A stretch of DNA of 64,000 nucleotides from Octopus sinensis (taxonomy: Eukaryota): NCBI RefSeq assembly GCF_006345805.1, contig NC_043008.1, forward strand, positions 74,834,001 through 74,898,000. The letters are read 5' to 3'. Under the pieces are notes generated by a model, which was not told where the DNA came from, made no database searches, and worked only from the letters and a program-made list of their open reading frames with translations. Of the stretch, positions 23,932 through 36,831 are shown one piece after another. A program made the position numbers and the translations under genes. Each line of letters starts with the position of its first letter. Within the stretch, counting starts at the first letter, position 1.

Positions 23932-24225
23932 CATCATCATTGTTTAACGTTCACCTTCCATGCTAACATGAGTGGGATGGTTTGACAGGAGCAGGCCAGG
24001 CAGAGCCTTCACCAGACTTCTGCTTTGGCAGGATTTTTACAACTGGACGCCCTTCCTAACACCAACCACTTAGCAGAGTGCTTTTTATGTGGCTCAAGCA
24101 CAGGCAAGGTCAGTTTTGGGAATGTTTTTACAGGTGGATGCACTTCCAAATGCCAACCACTTTACAGTGCAGACTGGGTGCTTTTTAAGTGGAACCTGCA
24201 CTTACAGGGTCACCAAGTACCTTGC
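23932..24225 (-). mobile_element. RTE-tail short element
   Basis: CATCATCATTGTTTAACGTT...CAACTGGACGCCCTTCCTAACACCAACCAC. Confidence 0.8.
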
Positions 24226-24299
24226 TAGACAAAAAAATCTTTTGAGAGTGGTTGCAAATAAAAATTGAAAATGTTTGGTGCCCTTGGTTTCAGTGAAAT

Positions 24300-24460
24300 A
24301 TTAGAATAGTTGTTTTCAAGAAGCTTGCTTCCTAATCACATAGTCTTGGGTTCAGTCTCAGTGCATGGCACCTTGGATGAGTGTCTTCTATAGTCTAAGG
24401 CTGACCAAAGCCTTGTGAGTGGATTTGGGTGACAGAAACTGAATAAAAGTCCATCATTTA
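24300..24460 (+). mobile_element. SINE family A 5' half
   Basis: GGGTTCAGTCTCAGTGCATGGCACCTTGG...GTGTCTTCTA...AAAGCCTTGTGAGTGGATTTGG. Confidence 0.8.
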
Positions 24461-24465
24461 TATAA

Positions 24466-24920
24466 AAGTGGAGGCCACTAAAGTGACAGAGGGTACTGAT
24501 TACCACTGCTTTTGCTAAAGATAAGAGTTAAACTAACTCAAAGCCACAAATGCACTCTCTTAAGTGACTGACAAAGGAAGTAAGTCCCCAACGTACATAG
24601 CCAGATCACAATACTCTTCACTGGTTCTTAACACCTAGGGTTAAACTTAACTACCTCTGTCAGTCTTATGAGGAAAACCATTGAAAATGTGTGCTGATTT
24701 CCAAAATGGTAAAAGAGTAAACAACAAATTAAAAAGGGTGGCTTGTTAGCAGTTAGAAACTAAAGTGACAGAGGGTAATGACTAGCACTACTTTTGTTAA
24801 AGATAAGAGTTAAACTCAAAGCCACAAACACACTGTCTGGAGTGTCACTTTGGTGTCACTTTAATAACCTCTGTTAATCTTGCCTTTGAATTCTAATTGC
24901 TAATAAGCCACCTTTTTTAA
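24466..24920. mobile_element. Two tandem copies of a ~190-bp MITE; the second (24729-24920) has TTAA-ended TIRs
   Basis: CTAAAGTGACAGAGGGTA...AAAGATAAGAGTTAAACT recurs; TTAAAAAGGGTGGCTTGTTAGCAGTTAGAA is mirrored by TTCTAATTGCTAATAAGCCACCTTTTTTAA. Confidence 0.7.
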
Positions 24921-24933
24921 TGTGTTATATATA

Positions 24934-24966
<33 letters not shown>

Positions 24967-25008
24967 ATATATATATATCAAAATAAGCAACAAAGATATC
25001 CAGAGGTA

Positions 25009-25097
25009 ATGTAGTACGATCATTTCATGCCACTCCATTTAATTGAACAATGCAATCATTACATCAATTTAAAATGCAGAGCAATCTTCAGCTGCAC
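25009..25097 (-). ncRNA. Type I hammerhead ribozyme candidate with long stem II loop, partly decayed
   Basis: GTGCAG-CTGAAGA-TTGC...GGCAT-GAAA-T-GATC-GTA-CTACAT: stem I pairs 5 of 6, palindromic GATC loop, GUA triplet. Confidence 0.5.
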
Positions 25098-25262
25098 AAA
25101 GACAGAATTTAATTAAATTAGAACATATGGACACATTAGTATAATTATACCTAAAATCTCCAAGAAGTTAAGGAGATAGACAAAGAACATACTGTCTCCT
25201 CCAGTATAGAAGTTATTAAATTTTCAAGAAGATATACATTGTTACAGACTCTGCCTGTCACT

Positions 25263-25336
25263 GATTTTTTGTTTTTATGGGGTCAGTTTAATTTATAGAT
25301 TTTTTTGTTTTTATGGGGTCAGTTTAATTTATAGAT
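25263..25336. repeat. Tandem duplication of ~36 bp
   Basis: GATTTTTTGTTTTTATGGGGTCAGTTTAATTTATA occurs twice. Confidence 0.9.
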
Positions 25337-26239
25337 TAGTTTATCAAATCCCTTGTATATCTAAGGCTGAGAGAACAGAGGGCAGTATTTGTTAGGGGTA
25401 GGGCTGTGGGAACAGACAGATATCATAGTTGGTATAGTCATAAAAATCAAGATTTATTAGAAGCAATATCATGATTTTTGGTAAAAGAAAACTTAAAATA
25501 AGATGTTAGCTGACAATTAAGGGGGTCACCCACTAGCAGACCATTGATAATGAAACAGGGGAAGTCTTAACATGTAGTACTCTAGTTAAATATTTTAAAC
25601 AATGTGGCTATAGTGTATACAGTTAAAGTTTAGGGTTATTCAGAAGATTATTAAGAAGAATATTATAACAAAAGGATAGAAATTTTTGAATACTTTTGAA
25701 TATATACAAAACTTTTACCACAATAGAAGGAGGAAAATAAATTATCCAGAAATAGTTTAATATTTATACATATTGTACACTTAAATACTAACTCATCAGA
25801 TGGTATCTGTGAATATTGATTAATTTGTATATAAAGGAGTATTGAGGTAAAGGAACATGCTAATTATATATTGATAAAGTTATAATCTAAGCAGTTTTTT
25901 TTTATAAGTAGTGAATATACCAGTATAGATTTATATAAGATAAGTATGAATTTATAGAGATACAAAAATTAGATTAATTTTATAAATAAATAAAGGCTAA
26001 TTATATAATAATAGAGAAACAAAATAAAATAATCAAGTAGGGCAGAACACCATTGGAAAGGAAATAAAATGGCTTAATTACTAATACTATGGTAAAATAT
26101 ATGTAGCTTATTAACACCAATAGAGAAGATTTTTAGAAAGAGTATAATAATTCAAAATATATTAGACTAAAAATTATATATTTATTTATTTAGCTAATAT
26201 CAATAACAGACTGATGTCTGGTATCAGCTAAAGGAATAT

Positions 26240-26475
26240 TTAAGTCAGGAACAGTCATATGGCACAAGTCCAGGCAAGGTTGTATATTGAAGACCAGCAG
26301 TCACCCATGCATACTGGCCTCCCTTCTCCATGCCACCAGTGTTATCCAACTGAAAGGCAAAGGCCAATACAGCTTGGCACCTGTGATGTCGCAACAAATA
26401 TCTACAGCTGAGTGAACTGGAGCAAAGTGAAATAAAGTGTCTTGCCCAAGAACACATCACGCAGCCTGGTCCAGG
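26240..26475 (-). mobile_element. SINE-like element, family D
   Basis: Minus strand GTGTTCTTGGGCAAGACACTTTA...CCAGTTCACTCAGCTG, a central-domain-like motif of invertebrate SINEs. Confidence 0.6.
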
Positions 26476-26666
26476 ATTTTTTGCAGAGGGTTAAAAATGG
26501 TGACAAGAACAGGACAGTAAAAACAAAACAAGACAGTAAAAGCAATACAAATAAAAACAGTAAAAGACAGGACAAGGAGAATAACACAGTAAAAACAAAC
26601 GATTAGGGCTTTTACGTCGAGACGATGGAAAAATTATTTTGAACGCGTATGTATATATACATATAT

Positions 26667-26975
26667 GTATGGCACGTAAAAAGCACCATCCGACCGTGGC
26701 CGTTGCCAGCTTCGTCTGGTCCCCGTGCCGGTGGCACGTATGAAGCACCATCCGATCATGGCCGTTTGCCAGCCTCATCTGGCACCTGTGCTGGTGGCAC
26801 GCAAAGCACCCACTACACTCACGGAGTGGTTGGCGTTAGTAAGGGCATCAAGCTGTAGAAACACTGCCAGACCAGACTGGGCCTGGTGCAGCCTTCTGGC
26901 TGCCCAGACTCCAGTTGAACCGTCCAACCCATGCTAGCATGGAAAGCGGATGTTAAACGATGATGATGATGATGA
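26667..26975 (+). mobile_element. RTE-tail short element with two ~63-bp internal units
   Basis: Close match to 38500-38807; ends in (GAT)n. Confidence 0.9.
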
Positions 26976-27165
26976 TATATATGTATATATATTTATATGT
27001 GTATGTATATATGTATATATACATATATGTACATATATGTATATATATGTATATATACATATATGTGTATATATACATATATGTGTATATATACATATAT
27101 GTGTATATATACATATATGTATATATATACATATATTTATATATATGTATATATACATATATTTA

Positions 27166-27357
27166 TATCATCATCATCATCATCATCGTTTAACGTCCGT
27201 TCTCCATGCTAGCATGGGTTGGATGGTTCGACCGGGGATCTGGGAAGCCAGAAGGCTGCACCAGGCTCCAGTCTTATCTGGCAGTGTTTCTACAGCTGGA
27301 TGCCCTTCCTAACGCCAACCACTCCGTGAGTGTAGTGGGTGCTTTTTACGTGCCACA
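27166..27357 (-). mobile_element. RTE-tail short element, tail-to-tail with the previous copy
   Basis: (CAT)n CGTTTAACGTCCG...GCTTTTTACGTGCCAC. Confidence 0.9.
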
Positions 27358-27738
27358 TATATATAAATATATGTATATATATACATATATATATACATAT
27401 ATGTATATATACACATATATGTATATATACACATATATGTATATATACATATATGTATTTATATGTATATATATATATATCTATATGTATGTATGTATGT
27501 ATGTATACATATACATATATGTATATATATGTATATATCTATATATATGTATATATACATATAACGGGAAGCTTTATGAAAATAAATAAAAGACGAAGGC
27601 AGGTGGAAAACAAACGAACAATTGTATATATATACAATTATATATACATATATGTATATATAATGTTGACAAAAATGGAGAAGAGGAAGTGTTAAATTAT
27701 ATAAGAGAATTTTAATTCATGCAGACGTTTGTTTCATA

Positions 27739-28076
27739 CAGTGATATGAAAATCATGGAAATTCATGGTTGAATAGAATTAATTAAATTAATTGGATTAA
27801 ATTAAATTGATTATATATCACTGTACTCTTCAGTGCAAGAAGTATAAAGAAAATTTTTACAAAGGACTTGAGAAAGGAAGAAGGAGAATAGGATCTAGGA
27901 GATTCATATTTATCTTGATGAGAATGTAAGGTACCTTAGTTTTTTATTTTTCCCGTCTCAAGTCCTTTCTAAAATATTTTGTTATCCTTCTTGCACTGAA
28001 GAGTGCAGTGATTTAAAATTAATTTAATTTAATTAATTCTATTCAACCATGAATTTGCATGATTTTTACATTACTG
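27739..28076. mobile_element. Tc1/mariner-type MITE with ~130-bp imperfect TIRs and TA target duplication
   Basis: TA|CAGT...ACTG|TA ends; arms share AATTCATGGTTGAATAGAATTAATTAAATT, CACTG.ACTCTTCAGTGCAAGAAG and AAAGGACTTGAGA. Confidence 0.88.
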
Positions 28077-28201
28077 TACAAAACTATCAACCTTTTTACA
28101 TGCACACACACATGCACACACACACACATATATATACGTATGTGTATATGTATGTGTATATGTATATATGTATATATATATGTATATGTATATATATATA
28201 G

Positions 28202-28272
<71 letters not shown>

Positions 28273-28617
28273 TGAATATATATGTATATGTGTATATATA
28301 TATTTGTGTGTAAGGCAAATAAGATGGTTACAAAGTTACAATCTTTAAAATTCATCAACCTGATGTAGTTATGATTATAATACACCTTATGGTTATTTAT
28401 GTTCCCTAAGTAACATGAATACTTTCTGCTTATATCCAGAATTGATAATAATCTCAACCATACTTTTAGTGTCTATGAATGGTTTACACACTAGTTTTGC
28501 TATACGCAGTCCCCCCCCCCACTTCAGCTATACTCAACAAGCCTAAATATACTTATGTACTTACTCCATTATATGTATGTATATGTGTGTGTGTGTGTGT
28601 GTATTTATATATGTATG

Positions 28618-28676
<59 letters not shown>

Positions 28677-30479
28677 TATAGTGAGAATTTACTAAAAAAA
28701 AACCAAAAGACAAAGACAGGTGTGTAAACAACAAACAGGTGTAACTCAGACTTGTACACATTAACCCTTGTATTTCGGACTTTACTCGTAAGCTTGAAAT
28801 TAGTACTCAGACCTACCCACAACGTAATAACACTTCAGAACCGCTATTCTAGTTTATGTCTTAGCTATGCATCTTAGTACAATAATATACTGTCAGACTA
28901 CTCCCCCATGATTGAACCCTTTAGCGTCTGTTTATCTTTATTTACTTTTCAACTCATCACTTCTCCATCCATGATTCTCGTGTGGATAATTACTTGTTGA
29001 TTGGAAGTGTATCTCTGATATAACTAAATAAAATGCTACTCACATACCTGTATGTACTTCCATAGCCCACCCCCTTGAATATTCATACCTTAAATATTAT
29101 TATATTTATATGTATTCTTATAACTATTTCTATTCTTATTTTGTTTTACTGGTCTTGAAATTTATTGATAGTCCTAACAGAGACCTGAACAGTGATATTG
29201 TTTTTAAATGTTAGCTGACCAATTAATTTTTAGGATTGACTTTGACCTCATCCTACTATGCATAGGGTTATTGGGATTAGTTTTTGGCCATTAAATAACA
29301 AATATTAACATCGCATTAATGTTTTACCCAGTTTTTCTTTCATTAATGTACTTATGTATTAATTTTCCCGTAACAGGTTCAATTTTATTTCTGCCAACTC
29401 CTTTCATAATGCTATATCTATTAAATAGCATTTAGCCTCTAACTTCTGACCCCTGTAACATGGACCATACCATTAAACCCACCACATTGCCTACTACCTT
29501 CACTATTTCCTTCAGTATAATGGAATCTCGATGTAAACCGCAGCCTATGGATATATCTCCTGAGAGTGACTTTATTTACTTACCACAGGATGTAATACCA
29601 CAGATTATAATAACGTCCTAAAAATGAAGTTGTTACTTTTCCTTACCATGTCTATTACATTACATTATTTTTTATTTTCACCTATTTTACTCTATCTTAC
29701 CTTATTTTACTCTATCATTCTAACTGAATTTCCCACATGTTAGTTACCTATCATTTGTACTCTCTGAAGAAGCCTTGAGGCTCAACCATTATCCAATCTC
29801 TGTCCTATGTTTTTTCATACCTGTATATCACTGACATGATGAGGATGACTTGGAAGATTTTGCGGCCTCATGGTAGAAACAGACGTAAGGGATTTGTATC
29901 TGTACACTCATCTATTATTATTCATTCACCTCTCTCTCTTTATATATATATCTGTTTACATAATTATTGGCTTATCTCATCCATTTACGTGTACCACTTA
30001 AATACCTGTTTGTTATCATTTAATAAATAGATGTAATGGAATGTTGGCTGGCTGATGTTTGTCGATTTTATATCCTCTCCATTTTCTTATTTGCCTTATA
30101 AATCCTGGTTAAATTTCCAATTTATTCCCACCCATATCTAGTATTCAATTGTGATATTGCCATGCAATAGTAAGCACTTGGTTAAAAATATGTAGGTATA
30201 CATCCAGTAGTATATTGGATATTTAATATCCCTTAGATGGTTTCTTAACCTCTATCTCATACAGACATATATATGTGTGTGTGTATATATATATGTGTGT
30301 GTTTATATATATATATATATATAAATGTGTGTGTGTATATATATGTCAGTATATATATATATGTGTATATATGTGTGTAATATGTGTATATATACATATG
30401 TGTATGATATATGTGCATATATGTGTGTGTACATATATATATATATATGTATGTTTTCCTGTTGTCTTATATCTTATAT

Positions 30480-31760
30480 AGACTCCTTCAGGGCAATCTT
30501 TGAAGGGGTCTATATAAGGACAACAGGAAAACACATGTTCAATCTCAAAAGACTCTGTGCCAAAATAAAAGTTCTGCAGTCTTACTTTGTTGAGTTTCTG
30601 TTTGCAGATGATTGTGACCTGTTGGTACATTCTCAGAATGATATGCAGCACATGGTGAATGCAATTGCTGCAGCATGTGCAGCATTAGGTCTAACAATTA
30701 ATCAATAAAAAAAATCTGTTATAATGTACAAGCCCACTCCCTCCTTTTATAACTGTGAATGGTGAAAGGTTGGCGGCTGTACCTAGATTTATTTATTTAG
30801 GAAGTACCTTGAGCACTGCAGATCTTGATGAGGAAATTTCATACAGAATCAGCAAAGCTAGTAGTGCTTTTGGTAGGCTTGATAGACGTCTGTGGAAACA
30901 ACATAATATATCTTCACAAATTAAAGTTAAGGTATGTAACACATGCGTCCTCCCATCTTTGCTATAGGGAAGTGAGGCATCGGTTGTTTACCGTAGGCAG
31001 GTAAGGCAATTGGAATAATTTCATCCATACTGTCTGAGAAAAATTTGGGGGATAAATTAGAAAATGGTCATTAGTAATGTAGAGGTGCTTGAGAGGAGTG
31101 GCAAATGATTTTGCAAAGACATTTGAGATTGGGTGGGGACATTTGGTAAGGATGAGTGATGAGCAACTACCCAAGCAGCTATTGTATGGTGAGCTGGAAG
31201 ATGGCAGGAGACCAGCACATAAGCTTAAACTAAGGTTTAAGGATTGCCTTAAAAATGCTCTAATACAGGCAGGAATTGCAGCTGGTAATCGGGAGAGGGA
31301 GGCACAAGACCATGGTGGATGGAGGAGGATAGTTCATGATGGTTGTTCAAGGTTTGAGAGGGTGAGAGTGAAGTATGAGATAATTAGGAGGGGGCTTAGA
31401 AGGGGGACCCTGTGGAAAATGAGAGAATGTTGCTTTTAATGCTTGTGGTTTGTGGGCGGAGGTGTTTGAGTCATGCAGGCCTGGTGGGCCATCAAAATTC
31501 TCCTAGAAATTAACCCATGATAAACAATGATGTGTCTATTATAATTCATAACAACTTGTGTAAAATGTGGGTGTGCCTCTCAGTTGGAAATCTAAAAAGA
31601 TATGTTAAGAGAGTACATATGGTGGCACCTGTTTCTCCTGCCAGCCAGCACAGTTGTCTAGTACATAATAAAATGTGTATTAGCTTGGCCAGGCTTAAAA
31701 GCTATATAAGGGCATCAAATGGCAACAATCATCAATCATTTCGGTCAGTCTTCTTCACAA
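30480..31760 (+). mobile_element. 5'-truncated RTE (BovB-like) LINE fragment with decayed C2H2-like tail
   Basis: GVYIR, FLFADDC, FIYLGS, ASSAFGRL, WGHLVRM...LPKQLLYGEL, RFKD; stops and frameshifts. Confidence 0.88.
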
Positions 31761-31795
31761 TGGCCTTTCTCATGTAACTAGGATGCAACAGTGAC

Positions 31796-31837
31796 TATAT
31801 ATATGTGTGTGTGTGTGTGTGTATACATATATGTATG

Positions 31838-31870
<33 letters not shown>

Positions 31871-31933
31871 ATGTATGTATGTATATGTATGTATGTATAT
31901 GTATGTATGTATATGTATGTATGTATATATATG

Positions 31934-31965
<32 letters not shown>

Positions 31966-32117
31966 TATGTATGTATGTATGTATATATATATATATGTAT
32001 GTATATATATATATGTATGTATGTATATATATATATATGTATGTATATATATATATATGTATGTATGTATATATATATATATGTATGTATGTATGTATAT
32101 ATATATATGTATGTATG

Positions 32118-32155
<38 letters not shown>
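31796..32155. repeat. Compound (TA)n/(TATG)n microsatellite
   Basis: Direct reading. Confidence 0.95.
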
Positions 32156-32157
<2 letters not shown>

Positions 32158-32159
32158 TA

Positions 32160-32940
32160 AACAGTAAAAATAATTACAGACATGGACAAGAACATGAAAC
32201 ACCACAGAGACGACACAAGAACCACAGGACGGGACATTCGAAGCCCTCAGTCATCAGTCAAGAACCAGATCATCTTAGCAATTTCGGCTGATTAATCTTG
32301 TATATATATATATGTATGTATGTATATATATATATATATATATACATACATACATATACATGTATGTATATATATATATATGTATATATATACATACATA
32401 TACATGTATGTATATATATATATATATGTATATATAAAATAAAATACAAAATGGGACAAGAACGCAAAACATCCAGACAGCAAGGTGATACAAAAAGGGA
32501 CAACAAAACATCTAGATAGACGATACAAAAAAACCATGGACGGGTCATTTGAAGCCTTATATTGTCAGTCATGAACTGGATCATCCTCGCAATTTTGGTT
32601 GATAAATCTTAAGATTGCTCCAATCTGGCCCGCTGCAAGGAAAAACTAAGCGAAGAGCATTGGATTCCTTGGAAAAAAGCATGAATGTATATGAAACAAG
32701 GACGGAAAAACAGACGCTGTTACACTAATAAAAATGCAAAAATACAATTAAAAACAAAAGAAAGACAATAATAATGATAATAACAGGACATAACAACAGG
32801 TGTCTTTCGGCTGGAGATGAATTGAATTCAGCTGGCGTGCGTGGAAATGAAGCCTTATGGCAGAGGGAAGAAAATCAATGTGGCTGTGACCGTGGTCAGA
32901 TGCAATAAGGGCTAGCAGTTGGCCAATGTTCACGTGAGAA
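32160..32940. mobile_element. Two related fragments of an unclassified interspersed repeat separated by a microsatellite
   Basis: GGACGGG.CATT.GAAGCC...GATCATC.T.GCAATTT.GG.TGAT.AATCTT occurs at ~32228-32300 and ~32538-32610. Confidence 0.6.
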
Positions 32941-33017
32941 GAGAAGAGAGAGAAAAAGAAGAACAAAGGAATTAAAGAAGGGAAGAAGAGTGAGAGAGAG
33001 TGTGTAGAAGTAGAAGT

Positions 33018-33397
33018 ATAGGCACAGGAGTGGCTGTGTGGTAAGTAGCTTGTTTACCAACCACATGGTCCCGGGTTCAGTCCCACTGCAAGTGTCTTCT
33101 GATCAAAGCCTTGTGAGTGGATTTGGTGGACGGAGGCTGGAAGAGTCCCGTCGTATATATGTATATATATGCGTGTGTGTGTTTGTGTGTCTGTGTTTGT
33201 CCCCCTAGCATTGCATGACAACCGATGCTGGTGTGTTTATGTCCCCGTTACCTAGCGGTTCGGCAAAAGAGACCGATAGAATAAGTACTGGGCTTACAAA
33301 GAATAAGTCCCGGGGTCGAGTTGCTCGATTAAAGGCGGTGCTCCAGCATGGCCGCAGTCAAATGACTGAAACAAGTAAAAGAGTAAAGAGTAAAGAG
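33018..33397 (+). mobile_element. SINE family A, young copy with two internal deletions
   Basis: ATAGGCACAGGAGTGGCTGTGTGGTAAG head, B-box GGGTTCAGTCCC, CpG-rich tail ...CAGTCAAATGACTGAAACAAGTAAAAGAG. Confidence 0.92.
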
Positions 33398-33564
33398 ATG
33401 GAAGAATCAAGGAGTGGCGAGAAAAAAGAGAGAGACAGGGACATAGTGAAGTGCAAAGTGAGTAAGAAAGGCAAAGAAATGTGAGAGGGAGTGTTGAAAA
33501 AGTCATACAAAATTTAATGAAATGTGTACTTACATATAAGAGAACAAAGTGCACATACGCCACT

Positions 33565-34214
33565 ATCATCATCATCATCGTTTAACGTCCGCTTTCCATG
33601 CTAGCATGGATTAGACAATTTTGACTGAGGGCTGGCGAGCCAGATGGCTGCACCAGGCTCCAATCTTTATCTGGCATGGGGGCCAGTCAGGCGGCACTGG
33701 CAATGACCTTGCTCGAATCTTTTTACATGTGCCAGTGAAGCAACATTAGTAACGATCACGCTCGAATGGTGCCCTTTTATGTGCCACGGGTATGGAAACC
33801 AGTTGGCTGCTCTGGCAACAATCATGCTCGGATGGTGCTCTTGGCCCCCTACTAGCACAAGCATAAGTGCCAGTAAGGCGATGCTGGTAACAATCATACT
33901 CAAATAGCCGCTCTGTCAACGATCACACTCGTATGGTGCTCTTTGCACCCTGCTAGCACGAATGCCAGTCATCGAATTGATTTTGATTTCACTTGCCTCA
34001 ACAGGTCTTTGCAAGCAGAGTTTAGTGACCAAAGAAGGAAAGGTACACATAAGTGGGCTGGTTATGCTCCTGGCATAGGCCACAGGTTATGGTCTCATTT
34101 GGCTTGCCGGGTCTTCTCGAGCATGGCATGTTTCCAAAAGTCTCGGTCGCTAGTCATTTCCTTGGTGAGGCCGAATGTTCGAAGGTCGTGCTTCACCACT
34201 TCATCCCAGGTCTT
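33565..34214 (-). mobile_element. 5'-truncated RTE LINE (ORF end + 3' UTR + (GAT)n tail)
   Basis: 34090-34214 is the reverse complement of a close relative of 38115-38240 ([21 protein letters not shown]); tail at 33565. Confidence 0.85.
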
Positions 34215-34239
34215 ACCACATAGCCACTCCTGCGCCTAT

Positions 34240-35132
<893 letters not shown>

Positions 35133-35180
35133 GAAAAGTATGCAGTGAAAAGTATGCAGGTTGTAGTCTAGAGTTTCCAT

Positions 35181-35921
35181 ATGAAATCTGCCAAATGCAA
35201 GCTTTCTTTTCAGGTACATGACACGGCTGTCCCTCGTCCCAGGGTCTCTGATGCCCACACCTCCCAAACCCTCAGAGTTGGCACGCTCAACGTTGGCACA
35301 TTGAAAGGTAGGTCTGGAGAGATTGTAGAGCTGCTTGAACGGAGACGTGTGGATGTATGCTGTATGCAGGAAGTAAGGTGGAGAGGAGGTTCTGCTAGGC
35401 TCCTCACGGGCAAGGAACACAGGTACAAGATTTTCTGGGCAGGGAACACTGACAGAGTCGGGGGCGTGGGTATACTTCTTGCGGAGAAATGGGTAGGTAA
35501 GGTAATCATAGTTCTTCACCATAGGACAGCTACCATCATCTCGGCATATGCCCCTCAACCAGGGCTACCGGAAGGACAAAAAGACCAATTCTATGACACC
35601 CTATTGCGGACTACCTCATTGACAAATGACAGTGACCTTCTCTTCATGGCAGGTGATTTCAATGGACATGTTGGACGACATGTCAGGGGCTTCCATGGCA
35701 TCCATGGAGGCCACGGTTTTGGCTCTCGAAATGAGGAGGGAACCAGGCTGCTGGAGTTCTGCGATGCTAATGACCTTATGGTCTGCAATACCCACTTCAG
35801 GAAACCCACCTCTCACCTAGTCACCTACCGTTCTGGCAGACACACCAGCCAGATTGACTACATCCTTGCCAGAAAAAGGGAAAGAGGGCTGATTATAAAT
35901 GCCAAAACCTTCCTAGATTAG
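35181..35921 (+). pseudogene. APE endonuclease domain of the LINE ORF
   Basis: GTLNVG, CMQEVRW, GVGILL, SAYAPQ, GDFNGHVG, SQIDY; the frame breaks at ~35915 and resumes as RLVVSDF. Confidence 0.92.
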
Positions 35922-35953
35922 TAGTTAGCGACTTCAGGATCAGAGCTAAATGG

Positions 35954-36769
35954 TTGCCCAGAAGAAGACCAGCTTGGAGGAGAAGGGTCTGGAAGCTTAA
36001 AGATCCTGCAAATGGACAGAGATTTAGAGACATACTACTCGAAGCCTCTGACGAAATAGAAGGGGATATAGCTTCACTTAATGTGGAAGACAACTGGAGA
36101 TTCCTACGGGACAATCTGCTGACAGCCACTGACCAGATCTGTGGATGGAGCAAAGTACCATCTCGACCCAGAGTAACATGGTGGTGGAACACTGTGGTTG
36201 ACGGGGCTATTAGACAAAAGAGACAGGCTTGGAAGGACTGGAAGAACGGTGGTAGCAGGGAATTGTATCAGACAGCCAAAAGGGAAGCTAGGAGACAGGT
36301 TTATTTAGCCAGAGGGGAAGTGGATAAGAAAAAATTTGCCAATGTTCTGAGCCGTGAGGATGAAAGACTTGAGGTATTTCGTGTTGCAAGACAGTGTGTG
36401 AGAGAGAATCGTGATGTGGTAGGAGAGAAGTGTGTTCGCATGGATGATGGTTCACTTGCGCTAAATGAGGATGCAAAGAGAGAGGTTTGGAGATGCCACT
36501 ATGAAAGTTTGCTGAATAAAGAAAATGAATGGGATAAAGAGAGTCTGCCAAATGTTGACCCAACAGAGGGACCAGCTATCCGAGTTGATAGTTCCGTGGT
36601 AGCTAAGGCAATTAGAAGCATGAAGACAGGGAAAGCCCCAGGCCCATCAGGAATTACTGCAGAGATGCTCAAAATATCTGGCAGTGTCGGCTATAACCTA
36701 GTCACCCGTATAGTCAACCAGGTGATACACGAAGGAGTCATACCCATGACTGGTGTAGCAGCATACTAG
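35954..36769 (+). pseudogene. LINE ORF linker region
   Basis: WWWN, KAPGPSGITAEML; a 1-nt frameshift near 36745 continues as DWCSSILVNCYKGKGD...NYRGIKL. Confidence 0.88.
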
Positions 36770-36831
36770 TCAACTGCTACAAAGGTAAAGGTGATGCCCT
36801 GGATACAAATAATTACAGAGGTATCAAGCTG

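Noticed and set aside
29764-29890. CTGAAGA-AGCC-TTGA-GGCT and ATGATGAGG...GAAAC motifs
   Set aside because: Each lacks one of the two hammerhead cores; at most decayed relics.
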